Translations under genes and position numbers: made by a program | Source of the DNA: a virus | DNA: 64,000 nt | Virus record (IMG/VR): IMGVR_UViG_3300044627_004253 | Span: 2,513 to 66,512 of that record | Strand: one strand, 5' to 3' | Shown: positions 1 to 7,461 of the stretch, one piece after another | Layout: every line of letters begins with the position of its first letter | Numbering within the stretch: the first letter of the stretch is position 1 | The notes under the pieces: model-generated | The model's database searches: none | What the model saw: only the letters and a program-made list of their open reading frames with translations | Told to the model about the DNA's origin: nothing

Positions 1-156
1 GGCTTCGTCATTACCGCTGTTTCTGCCTCGATGCGGAGCTCCAGGAGTATATACAGTGTCTAGTTGCCTCAGACAAGCCAGGGCATGCCTTTTCAATTCC
101 TTTGCTTCTTGTTTTAGATTTATTAGAGATTCAGAAATCTCCGCGTTTAGTTTCAT
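1..156 (-). CDS. hypothetical protein, truncated by window edge
   Basis: ATG at 156 (MKLNAEISESL...) stays open to position 1; 3 nt downstream of the stop of 160..351. Confidence 0.55.
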   Translation of the reverse strand, partial: MKLNAEISESLINLKQEAKELKRHALACLRQLDTVYTPGAPHRGRNSGNDEA

Positions 157-159
157 ATT

Positions 160-351
160 TTAAACGTAGTATGTTTTTTGAAAATAATGACTGATGGTAA
201 CTGCCATAAAATTATCAAAGTAACTCCAAGTGCTACTGAGAACCGGAGTTTTAAAATTACCTTCAGTAGAAGTAATAACTGCGTCGTAAACAGCGCGATA
301 AATATCATCATACTCAGAAAAAATAACAGAATGCCTTAGTGTTTTTTTCAT
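160..351 (-). CDS. small hypothetical protein, probable paralog of 348..584
   Basis: 63 aa, begins MKKTLRHSV vs MKNTLFNSV; start overlaps the upstream stop. Confidence 0.55.
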   Translation of the reverse strand: MKKTLRHSVIFSEYDDIYRAVYDAVITSTEGNFKTPVLSSTWSYFDNFMAVTISHYFQKTYYV

Positions 352-584
352 AACTTTGATTTAACGTGGTCGCGAACAAAATCATCGATAGAGTCAAAAG
401 TATTTATGTAAATAGCACGAGGAGTTATATGTATACGGAGAGCGTCATAAATAGAATTATAAACACTATTCCAAATAGAAATATCAACACTATCCCAAAC
501 AGAATTATAAACAGAATCATCAACAGAATCATGAACAGAATCATGAACAGAATTATTAACAGAATTAAATAACGTATTTTTCAT
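348..584 (-). CDS. small protein with S-V-x-[DN] tetrapeptide repeats
   Basis: NSVNNSVHDSVHDSVDDSVYNSVWDSV; 12-bp DNA period; directly downstream of the promoter motif at 627-654. Confidence 0.7.
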   Translation of the reverse strand: MKNTLFNSVNNSVHDSVHDSVDDSVYNSVWDSVDISIWNSVYNSIYDALRIHITPRAIYINTFDSIDDFVRDHVKSKL

Positions 585-626
585 ATTTTATTAAAATAAA
601 TAACAGGGCGCACAGCTATACAAGCT

Positions 627-654
627 TATATAACACATACGCCCTGCTTATAGC
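627..654 (-). promoter_or_regulatory. phage promoter-like motif copy 1 (GCTATAA-N10-TGTGTTATATA)
   Basis: matches a motif found 7 times in intergenic positions. Confidence 0.55.
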
Positions 655-655
655 A

Positions 656-1225
656 TCACAAAGAAACAGCTTTTACAATAGCGACCTTCCCGGGAGATAG
701 GGCGAATTGAGCGACATACTTAGATACAGGTAGATGCTCCCGTATCATATGCTTATACTTGGCTATATTCCCTTTAGGTATTTTATCTTCAACATCTTTT
801 GAATGATTTGTTGAAGATAACACCTGCACATTTTTCAGTATTATTGTGCTTACAGCGCTAGCCTTAAATTCAGACTCGTAAAAATACATTCCATCTTCTT
901 TAATAAGAGGATTCTTAAAATTAAAACTCTTCTTTTCCTTTTCAGGATTTAAAGAATTACTAAAGCTAGATATTTGTTCCGCAGCCGCTTTAGCCCACTC
1001 TACGGCGTCAGCGTCTGAAGGGCGTATGTCTTTCAGAAACTTCTCCGCATTACTATTTAATATTTCTAGACTCTCGCGGACTAGATTTAAATAGCCATCA
1101 TCAGGCAAAAGACGAACGACATAATCTTTTAAATGTCCTTCGGAATTAATATACTTCTCTAATAACAATACTTTATCGCCTGCTAATGCTTTCTTTATTT
1201 CAGTTTTGGTTTGTTCGATTTCCAT
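656..1225 (-). CDS. hypothetical protein
   Basis: 189 aa ORF, no recognised motif. Confidence 0.7.
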   Translation of the reverse strand: MEIEQTKTEIKKALAGDKVLLLEKYINSEGHLKDYVVRLLPDDGYLNLVRESLEILNSNAEKFLKDIRPSDADAVEWAKAAAEQISSFSNSLNPEKEKKSFNFKNPLIKEDGMYFYESEFKASAVSTIILKNVQVLSSTNHSKDVEDKIPKGNIAKYKHMIREHLPVSKYVAQFALSPGKVAIVKAVSL

Positions 1226-1233
1226 GGTAGTGA

Positions 1234-1283
1234 ATAGGTAAATAAAATGAAAAGCCTACCACTTTCGTGGTAGGCTTTTCATT
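1234..1283 (-). terminator. intrinsic terminator followed by TACCTAT
   Basis: inverted repeat AATGAAAAGCCTACCAC/GTGGTAGGCTTTTCATT followed by T-rich tract. Confidence 0.7.
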
Positions 1284-1303
1284 AACTTATGTTTTCTCAG
1301 GGT

Positions 1304-1573
1304 TTAGGCCTGAGCGTCTTCTTCAATTTTGATAATCTGAGCAAGCACCTTAGTGCCTTCCGACTTATTGTGACGGAGGTCAAAGCCGTGCTTTTCGGCG
1401 TGGGCTTTGACTGTGTTCACTTCCAGGGCCTCGATCTCGAAGGCGTCACCGGATTCAAGCTTAGCGAAAAACTCATCCCAGAGGCTCTTGCGGGGCTTAG
1501 TGCGCACGCGCTTAACGTTAGGTTGGAGTGGTTCAAGTCCTTTGATAATTTCTGGCAGTTCTTTTCTTTTCAT
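1304..1573 (-). CDS. small hypothetical protein
   Basis: 89 aa, A/C-rich leader, followed by a terminator. Confidence 0.65.
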   Translation of the reverse strand: MKRKELPEIIKGLEPLQPNVKRVRTKPRKSLWDEFFAKLESGDAFEIEALEVNTVKAHAEKHGFDLRHNKSEGTKVLAQIIKIEEDAQA

Positions 1574-1691
1574 ATTATATACGGTTTGGTTTGTGTTTAT
1601 ACTGAGCTCTGGATTTGGCGTGTGCTCTATCCGAGATTATTTTGATAATGTAGAGATTTCTAAAGCGCGCAAGAAGAAAAAAAGATATTTT

Positions 1692-1901
1692 TTAACATGC
1701 TTCCACAAAAGAAATATCCGCAGGTTCAAAGTACTTATGCTTATTTTTGTCCATTGCGTAGAACTCATTACCTACAACGGTAACTTCATTCCGGGCGGAT
1801 CCATCTTTGAGATAAAAATTAACTTGTCTCCAAGCTTCCTTCACCTCTGGAAAGTTTTGAATAGTTTCCGAAATTTCTCTGGTTAAACAAAAATAAGTCA
1901 T
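1692..1901 (-). CDS. hypothetical protein
   Basis: 69 aa ORF packed against 1904..2224. Confidence 0.55.
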   Translation of the reverse strand: MTYFCLTREISETIQNFPEVKEAWRQVNFYLKDGSARNEVTVVGNEFYAMDKNKHKYFEPADISFVEAC

Positions 1902-1903
1902 GG

Positions 1904-2224
1904 CTATTTACTGATACCTTTAGACAAGGATGCAACAGGAAATTTGAAAGATACATTAGCTATGCCAGATTTGGCTTTAAGCTTTATGTCTGTGAATTCC
2001 AGTCCTTGCGTGATGGCTTCGTTAATGGTTTCTATAAGCCTGATTCCGATCTCCTGTTTTTTATCAGGATCTTTAAGATCAATTGCCAATTGAGCTAATG
2101 TAAAATCAACTGCGGTGAGTTGATTAAAAATAGATGTTATTTCAGGAACCTTGGTGGTGCTATCTTGCTGTGTGTCTTGGTCTGATTGCATATTATAACT
2201 ATTTGATACATAAAGAAATAGCAC
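1904..2224 (-). CDS. hypothetical protein (real start probably MQSDQ)
   Basis: ORF track; downstream of tRNA-Leu. Confidence 0.55.
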   Translation of the reverse strand: MLFLYVSNSYNMQSDQDTQQDSTTKVPEITSIFNQLTAVDFTLAQLAIDLKDPDKKQEIGIRLIETINEAITQGLEFTDIKLKAKSGIANVSFKFPVASLSKGISK

Positions 2225-2241
2225 GAGTGCTATTTCAGCGG

Positions 2242-2324
2242 TAGCCGGTGCCGGACTCGAACCGGCAAGGGATTTCTCCCAGCAGATTTTAAGTCTGCTG
2301 TGTTTACCATTTCACCAACCGGCC
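2242..2324 (-). tRNA. tRNA-Leu (UAA)
   Basis: GGCCGGT/ACCGGCT acceptor, GCAGA-CTTAAAA-TCTGC anticodon arm, long variable arm, GCCGG-TTCGAGT-CCGGC T arm; CCA not encoded (CCG). Confidence 0.95.
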
Positions 2325-2329
2325 ATTAC

Positions 2330-2596
2330 TCACTTACAAAACTGGCTAACCTTCACTGTGATAACAAAACTTCTCAGATCGGCAGGCAGCTGCTCTTCAT
2401 CGATAGCTTTTACATCATCGTAAATACTAACCAGAAACTTTTCTTTATCGACAACAGAAACATAGTCAACACTATATTTTCTGATTGAATCGATTTTTTT
2501 AATGTCCTTGTATTCAAGCGCGGCAAACGCGACCACGATCAAACACAAGGTAATGACATAAGGTGTAACTTTTGTTTGTTGTTTGTTGTTTATCAT
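2330..2596 (-). CDS. small membrane-anchored protein
   Basis: N-terminal hydrophobic helix VITLCLIVVAFAAL. Confidence 0.6.
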   Translation of the reverse strand: MINNKQQTKVTPYVITLCLIVVAFAALEYKDIKKIDSIRKYSVDYVSVVDKEKFLVSIYDDVKAIDEEQLPADLRSFVITVKVSQFCK

Positions 2597-2598
2597 AC

Positions 2599-2745
2599 TT
2601 ACGGAGTCGGTGGTGCTAGCTTGCCTTCAGTCAACTTATAAATAATAGCGTCCATAAGATCGGGATCTCCAGAAAAGATAATGATACAAATAATGATACC
2701 CGCTGCCAGTATGGTATCAGATAAGTCTATACTAAAAATTTTCAT
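2599..2745 (-). CDS. 48-aa membrane peptide (below ORF-track cutoff)
   Basis: MKIFSIDLSDTILAAGIIICIIIFSGDPDLMDAII...; fills the gap in the gene run. Confidence 0.6.
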   Translation of the reverse strand: MKIFSIDLSDTILAAGIIICIIIFSGDPDLMDAIIYKLTEGKLAPPTP

Positions 2746-2867
2746 TTGTGTGTCGTGTGGGTGTTATATTTAATATTGAACAGAGATTGTGCGGTCTGCT
2801 TTATCCTCTATCGAAGTCGATAATCACTTCATGGAATCGAGGGCTGACTCGCAATATCGAATTTTAA

Positions 2868-2980
2868 TGAGCGCGGCAGGATTTGAACCTGCAATGCCGG
2901 GGCGCATGTACTTATGGGTCATCGCTGCACCCTCGAGTATCCGTCCTGTGGCTGGTGTATTTGCATTTCACAACGCGCTC
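2868..2980 (-). ncRNA. oversized tRNA-like RNA 1 (113 nt)
   Basis: GAGCGCG/CGCGCTC-A acceptor, Leu-like D region, GCAGG-TTCAAAT-CCTGC T arm; no canonical anticodon arm. Confidence 0.65.
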
Positions 2981-2987
2981 AAATTAA

Positions 2988-3110
2988 TTGATCCATTCAG
3001 AGATTCCATGCGAACGGCAACGCACTCTGAACCTTGTGTCGCCCAGTTAAGGGTTAGAGCCGCTTTGGTGAGTAACCCGTCCGAAGACTTGCTCTACACT
3101 CATGGATCAA
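2988..3110 (-). ncRNA. candidate structured RNA (multi-way junction)
   Basis: closing helix TTGATCCAT/ATGGATCAA; internal helices TAGAGC/GCTCTA, CCTT/AAGG, TTCAGAG/CTCTGAA; cUUCGg loop on the minus strand. Confidence 0.5.
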
Positions 3111-3114
3111 ATTG

Positions 3115-3283
3115 TTCTTACCGCTGTCAGAGTCCGGCTCAAGCGCTGGGCGCTTTTACTTCGGTTTGCATACACTCTGACACTGTCTGCTATCATCGCT
3201 AAAACACTTCTTTCGCATACTAAGCCAAGTGTTAAGCAATACCATGGTAGACTCGCAGTCGGCTTGTACAAGCACGGTAAGAA
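3115..3283. ncRNA. candidate structured RNA
   Basis: closing helix TTCTTACCG/CGGTAAGAA; TGTCAGAGT/ACTCTGACA and AACACTT/AAGTGTT helices; strand uncertain. Confidence 0.4.
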
Positions 3284-3298
3284 AATTTATTGACCACA

Positions 3299-3688
3299 TT
3301 ACCTAACCTGAACTTCTATGTCCGGGATAATGGTTGTTGGTCTGAAAATTACACGATAGTGGAATGGGTCAGCTTTCACAGGTTCCAACTGTTCTACAAA
3401 ATATGATACATTATCAGATAACCCTAGATAATGTTTCTTGTAGTTCGAGGGGCCTGTCTTCACTGTAACTTCCAGCCTAGATTGCGAGCTACTTTCAGTT
3501 ACAGAAAGTAAGCCTTCAATGGTTAGCATGTACTCCCCGGTGATTCCATTAAAGAACACTACGCGGCGATTAACTTCAAAGTTATGCGCCGCTACGGAAA
3601 CATTTTGAGATGCGATATCTGCCTCTTGAAGGCAAGAAGCGATTACAAATATAAAAATAACAATGATCAAGTTTAGTGCGTATTTCAT
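3299..3688 (-). CDS. conserved phage lipoprotein-like protein
   Basis: signal peptide with lipobox-like IASC; RRVVFFNGITG and KKHYLGLSDNV motifs of a widespread phage family. Confidence 0.75.
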   Translation of the reverse strand: MKYALNLIIVIFIFVIASCLQEADIASQNVSVAAHNFEVNRRVVFFNGITGEYMLTIEGLLSVTESSSQSRLEVTVKTGPSNYKKHYLGLSDNVSYFVEQLEPVKADPFHYRVIFRPTTIIPDIEVQVR

Positions 3689-3727
3689 TTACGGTTTTGT
3701 GGTTATTAGTAGTCCCTTCATATTAGT

Positions 3728-4513
3728 TTATAACGCTACCGGAAAAGCTTCGGTAGCGTCACCAGTTTCACGCCAGCGAAGCTGGCGAACTTTCATTCCG
3801 TTGCGCGCGCTGTTCCATGCTTTTATACACAGCGCCATAACATAATGCTTTGTTAGTTTAGCTTTAGAAATGGAGTTCTTAAGCATACGCTCACGAAGCA
3901 TATGAAACGGATCTCCGGCTTCGAGTCCTATTCCCCGTACAACCTTGTTGACGAAGGACACAGCTAGTAGCTTATCTTTTTGGCTAAAGATATAATAGCA
4001 GGCATCCAGTACGGACGGGGGCATGATACCTTTACTAATGGCCGATACTTGCAGGGATTCGCGAATATCCGGATATTTTGCCAGCAACTCCTCGATTGCT
4101 GTGTTGGTATAGTCCACAGTTTTATCTGCGCGTCCTGTCATATATTTATCTACCAATGCAAGCGCTGAGGCCATTCTATAAGAATTCTTTTCTCCCAGCA
4201 CCCCTAGCGTGTCTCCAGGACTACGGCGCTTACCGACGTCTTTTGTATCAAAAACATCAGAGGGAAGACCTTCAATTACGAATGACTGCACGGCTATGTT
4301 CGAATGCACGATAGCCGCGAGTCTGTGCTGCCCGTCGATCAAACGGGCAGCATTAATACAGATGGTATCGCCATTTACTTTCCAGCGCCCAGATTTAATT
4401 TCGTTCGATAAAACAGCGACATGCTTAGGATTCATGGCGCGGTTTCCTACATTCTTATCATTAAGTACTTTACGTGCCCAATCGGGCGTGATTGTTCTTA
4501 GTTCAGCTTTCAT
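3728..4513 (-). CDS. ParB-N/DGQHR-type domain protein
   Basis: NRAMN...W.VNGDTI...LIDGQHRLAAI. Confidence 0.7.
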   Translation of the reverse strand: MKAELRTITPDWARKVLNDKNVGNRAMNPKHVAVLSNEIKSGRWKVNGDTICINAARLIDGQHRLAAIVHSNIAVQSFVIEGLPSDVFDTKDVGKRRSPGDTLGVLGEKNSYRMASALALVDKYMTGRADKTVDYTNTAIEELLAKYPDIRESLQVSAISKGIMPPSVLDACYYIFSQKDKLLAVSFVNKVVRGIGLEAGDPFHMLRERMLKNSISKAKLTKHYVMALCIKAWNSARNGMKVRQLRWRETGDATEAFPVAL

Positions 4514-4553
4514 GTTGTTATCTGCTTAATCTGCTTTTTGTTACGGGTAATGA

Positions 4554-4673
4554 TGAGCGCGGCAGGATTCGAACCTGCGGGCAGTGGGGTAACATCGAAA
4601 TGTATGGAGCACTAGCTCTCCGCACCCATCCACTCTTCCTAGTGTCAAACTTTAACCTCTCGTTCACACGCTC
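4554..4673 (-). ncRNA. oversized tRNA-like RNA 2 (120 nt)
   Basis: GAGCGTG/CGCGCTC-A acceptor, D arm AAC-GAGAGGTTAAA-GTT, GCAGG-TTCGAAT-CCTGC T arm, large branched central domain. Confidence 0.7.
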
Positions 4674-4718
4674 AAATTTGGGCGGAATGTTTTATCTCCT
4701 ATCGATATCGAAAATTAG

Positions 4719-4791
4719 TCGGCCCGGAGGGATTCGAACCCCCAACCAAGGAATTATGAGTTCCCTGCTCTAACCATTGAGCTACAGGCCG
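4719..4791 (-). tRNA. tRNA with CAU anticodon, probably Ile2 (lysidine type)
   Basis: GGGAA-CTCATAA-TTCCT anticodon arm; C4-G69 and C5-G68 pairs as in TilS substrates; paired 1-72 so not initiator. Confidence 0.85.
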
Positions 4792-4795
4792 AAAT

Positions 4796-4871
4796 TGGCG
4801 CACGCGGCAGGGATCGAACCTGCGACCTACGGATTAGAAATCCGCTGCTCTATCCACTGAGCTACGCATGC
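4796..4871 (-). tRNA. tRNA-Arg (UCU)
   Basis: GCGGA-TTTCTAA-TCCGT anticodon arm, canonical D/T arms, encoded CCA. Confidence 0.95.
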
Positions 4872-4972
4872 TTAAAAGTGTTATTTGATTTACAAACAAA
4901 TTCATACCACGCAAGTGGTTTGTTTGCGCAAAGTTGCTATGTGTGTGGATCTACATGTGCTAAGTTACTCGT

Positions 4973-5341
4973 ATGACTACCAAAGGCGCTCGAAAAAATA
5001 GAGTCAGACGTGTAGTAAGAAAACTAGAATTAATAATAGCATCTGGTGGTTCCTGTCGCCTGTGCGGATATAACAAAAACATATCTAGTTTAGTTTTTCA
5101 CCACGTACGAGAAAAATTCATGAGCCTATCAGGAAGACATATCAGTGCTACTAAAATGTCAGACGCAAGAAAAGAAGCCAAACGTTGTGTACTTCTATGT
5201 CATAACTGCCACAACGAATTACATAATCCACATCTCACACTAGACAACCTTTACAAGTTAAGGGCAGGTATAAAGAGTGGAGTATTTGAATTAGAAGAGG
5301 CTTTTGATTACCTATTCATATTTAAAAATAAGAAACCATAG
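4973..5341 (+). CDS. free-standing HNH endonuclease
   Basis: CRLCGY, LVFHH, LLCHNCHNELH; opposite orientation, next to the tRNA cluster. Confidence 0.8.
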   Translation: MTTKGARKNRVRRVVRKLELIIASGGSCRLCGYNKNISSLVFHHVREKFMSLSGRHISATKMSDARKEAKRCVLLCHNCHNELHNPHLTLDNLYKLRAGIKSGVFELEEAFDYLFIFKNKKP

Positions 5342-5373
5342 CCCCACGCTCGTGCTAGGAACGAACGTGGGGC
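5341..5373. terminator. hairpin between convergent transcripts
   Basis: GCCCCACG...CGTGGGGC inverted repeat. Confidence 0.5.
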
Positions 5374-5441
5374 ATTTGGTTATACAACCAGTAACAACAA
5401 CAAACAACAAAACCTAGCTCGTTGTTTGCTGACCATGGATG

Positions 5442-5582
5442 CTACAGTACCCCGGGAGGGATGTGTAGCAACTTTTTCCTTCGCAACCCGGAAGGCCGGG
5501 AGGGTTTGAGCTTGAGATTAAGCTTAGCCCGTGTCAGGTCCAGAAACTGAACCTTGTCCTTAGGTAGATATGTTTTACCCAT
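5442..5582 (-). CDS. 46-aa basic peptide, probably leaderless
   Basis: MGKTYLPKDKVQFLDLTRAKLNLKLKPSRPSGLRRKKLLHIPPGVL; ATG 7 nt after TATATA of the promoter motif. Confidence 0.45.
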   Translation of the reverse strand: MGKTYLPKDKVQFLDLTRAKLNLKLKPSRPSGLRRKKLLHIPPGVL

Positions 5583-5589
5583 ACAAATT

Positions 5590-5617
5590 TATATAACACA
5601 AAGGGTGTGCCTATTGC
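5590..5617 (-). promoter_or_regulatory. phage promoter-like motif copy 2 (GCAATAG-N10-TGTGTTATATA)
   Basis: perfect consensus match. Confidence 0.7.
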
Positions 5618-6084
5618 ACCTTATACAAGTCCACTAAAGCAGCTACATCCTTGGCTGATTTAACCTGATGAATAATGGCTCTGTATTTATACATGAACAT
5701 CTTATTCTTAATTTTAAATATATCAGTAACGTGTCCCTTGGAATCAATTACAAAAGCATCAGCAGGAATTACATTCTCTTCCAACGCGGATTCCCGGGTA
5801 ATTATGAAGTCGGCTGAATAATTAATTTCTCTTACAGCTTTATTATCCTTGGAACGAAACTTTTCCTGCAAAAGAAAATTAACCTGTCTGTGTACGTGTA
5901 CATCAGAAGGTAAAAGCATTTTAAGTAATTTATACGTTTGTGCCTCCCACTTAGAATCAAAGACTATATTCTCATATGTCCTATCTTCTTTAGCAGAGAC
6001 TTTATATCTCCCAAACTTAGCCTTACCCTTATTTAGTATATAGGCTAGATTATCGGCAGATACTTTGTTTTTTGGTGTGGTCAT
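5611..6084 (-). CDS. DUF1064-like PD-(D/E)XK endonuclease
   Basis: FDSKWEA, QVNFLLQ, YSADF, VIDSKG motifs. Confidence 0.75.
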   Translation of the reverse strand: MTTPKNKVSADNLAYILNKGKAKFGRYKVSAKEDRTYENIVFDSKWEAQTYKLLKMLLPSDVHVHRQVNFLLQEKFRSKDNKAVREINYSADFIITRESALEENVIPADAFVIDSKGHVTDIFKIKNKMFMYKYRAIIHQVKSAKDVAALVDLYKVQ

Positions 6085-7460
6085 TATTTAGACTCAGAGG
6101 CTACAGCTTTTGCAGCAGTAATAGGCTGCGACATTGCTTCGTCAATCAAATCATCTTCGTCGCCTAATTCGTTTATGACGTCAGGTGCTATTTTGTTAGA
6201 AGACAACGGCTTTCTATCGTTAACTTCTTTTTCTTCGCCTGAGTCAATACTGTCCTCTGTTATGATGTTTTCATTCTGCTCCATGTCTTCTTCGCCTTCA
6301 AGACCTTGCGCCCCTTCACCTGCTTTAAGCGCATTGATGGCTTCTAGCACATCTGCTATGGACATCGCTGCAGATTTTTCATTCTCACTGAAATCTATAT
6401 CAGTATTGATTAAAACATCTCTACGATTAACAGCGCCAAATAAACCTGCTATTTTAAATAGCGTATGCTGCGCTTCTTCATTTTGAAGTGAAGAAATCTT
6501 AGTAAATCTAGGAGCCATATCATTATACTCAGCCGCAGCTAGAAGCGCTACAACCGGAGACAGGGCTGCACTCTTTGTACAATAAGAAATAGCATACTGT
6601 TTACGCTCTGCGGTAATTGGTACTTCACCTGCGCCTTTTATAGTATCAAGGGCTGAGTCAAAACCGTACTCAAGTAAATGTTGAGTAAAGTCAGCGCCTC
6701 TTCCTTGCGCTACAGCATGCACGATATCTACGAGCTCCGACTGAGAAGCCGCCTTGCTTCCCATGCATATGTTAATAAGAAAATCTAAAGCGTCAGATTC
6801 TTGCTCTTCTTGCGCAATTTTATCGTACGCATTCTTTTCTTCTTCTAACTCTGGCTGTTGTTCCTGCTCTTCTGGTGTCTTACGAATAACTATCCTTTTA
6901 GGTGCTAAATCAGTTTTCTTCTTTAATCTAGGAAAGTACTTATTAAGCGACATGTTAGTTATGGATCCTGCAGCCAGCGCACTCAATAAAGCAAAGGCTA
7001 CCGGGAGAGAGACGCCGATTTCTCCTAAGCCCATCGCTGTTCCTGGCCCTGCTTGTGCTGCTCTTTTAGCTTCACCTTCAGCCTCTGCACTCTGAATAAA
7101 TTCTTGCTGCGCCTTATCGAGCTGCTCCTGCAGCTGTTTCTTTTTGATGTTCTGATAAAGTTTTCTAACTAACGCATATGTACCTAAAGTGGAAAGCAGC
7201 CCGCCTGTCATAGCCATACCACCTGCGGCAAAATCAGCGGCATGCGATTTATTTACATCTTCTGCTTTCTTGGCGTTAACATTCAAGAACAAAGTATTAT
7301 CATCTTCTTCGTCAGTATCCTTTTTAGTTTGTGACTTTAAAGTATTCAAATAATTAACTAAGGAGGTAAGCAGCGCGCCTGACCCACCCAGCGCGGCTCC
7401 GCCAACGAGGTAATTTTTGATCAGTTCTTTACTGCGAGGGGTTAAAGCTATTTTTTTCAT
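6084..7460 (-). CDS. putative virion/head-internal protein, K-x-A rich
   Basis: 458 aa, Gly/Ala-rich hydrophobic helices, many K-x-A motifs, acidic tail. Confidence 0.55.
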   Translation of the reverse strand: MKKIALTPRSKELIKNYLVGGAALGGSGALLTSLVNYLNTLKSQTKKDTDEEDDNTLFLNVNAKKAEDVNKSHAADFAAGGMAMTGGLLSTLGTYALVRKLYQNIKKKQLQEQLDKAQQEFIQSAEAEGEAKRAAQAGPGTAMGLGEIGVSLPVAFALLSALAAGSITNMSLNKYFPRLKKKTDLAPKRIVIRKTPEEQEQQPELEEEKNAYDKIAQEEQESDALDFLINICMGSKAASQSELVDIVHAVAQGRGADFTQHLLEYGFDSALDTIKGAGEVPITAERKQYAISYCTKSAALSPVVALLAAAEYNDMAPRFTKISSLQNEEAQHTLFKIAGLFGAVNRRDVLINTDIDFSENEKSAAMSIADVLEAINALKAGEGAQGLEGEEDMEQNENIITEDSIDSGEEKEVNDRKPLSSNKIAPDVINELGDEDDLIDEAMSQPITAAKAVASESK

Positions 7461-7461
7461 C

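Noticed and set aside
480-570. 12-bp tandem repeats as a possible CRISPR or iteron array
   Set aside because: No spacers; period is a multiple of 3 inside a coding repeat.
366-572. Plus-strand NRII-repeat ORF
   Set aside because: Antisense shadow of the S-V-x-D repeat gene; promoter motif and neighbours are on the minus strand.
2789-3293. Plus-strand ORFs of 137 and 63 aa
   Set aside because: They overlie the tRNA-like and structured units, have no motifs and run against local gene orientation.
2868-4673. tmRNA, tRNA-Sec or group I intron-containing tRNA as explanation for the oversized tRNA-like RNAs
   Set aside because: Too short for tmRNA or a self-splicing intron, no G3-U70 alanine identity, no UCA anticodon arm found.
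4492-4773. Plus-strand 93-aa ORF
   Set aside because: Antisense to tRNA genes; the GRIRT/GIRTP translation is the usual T-arm artefact.
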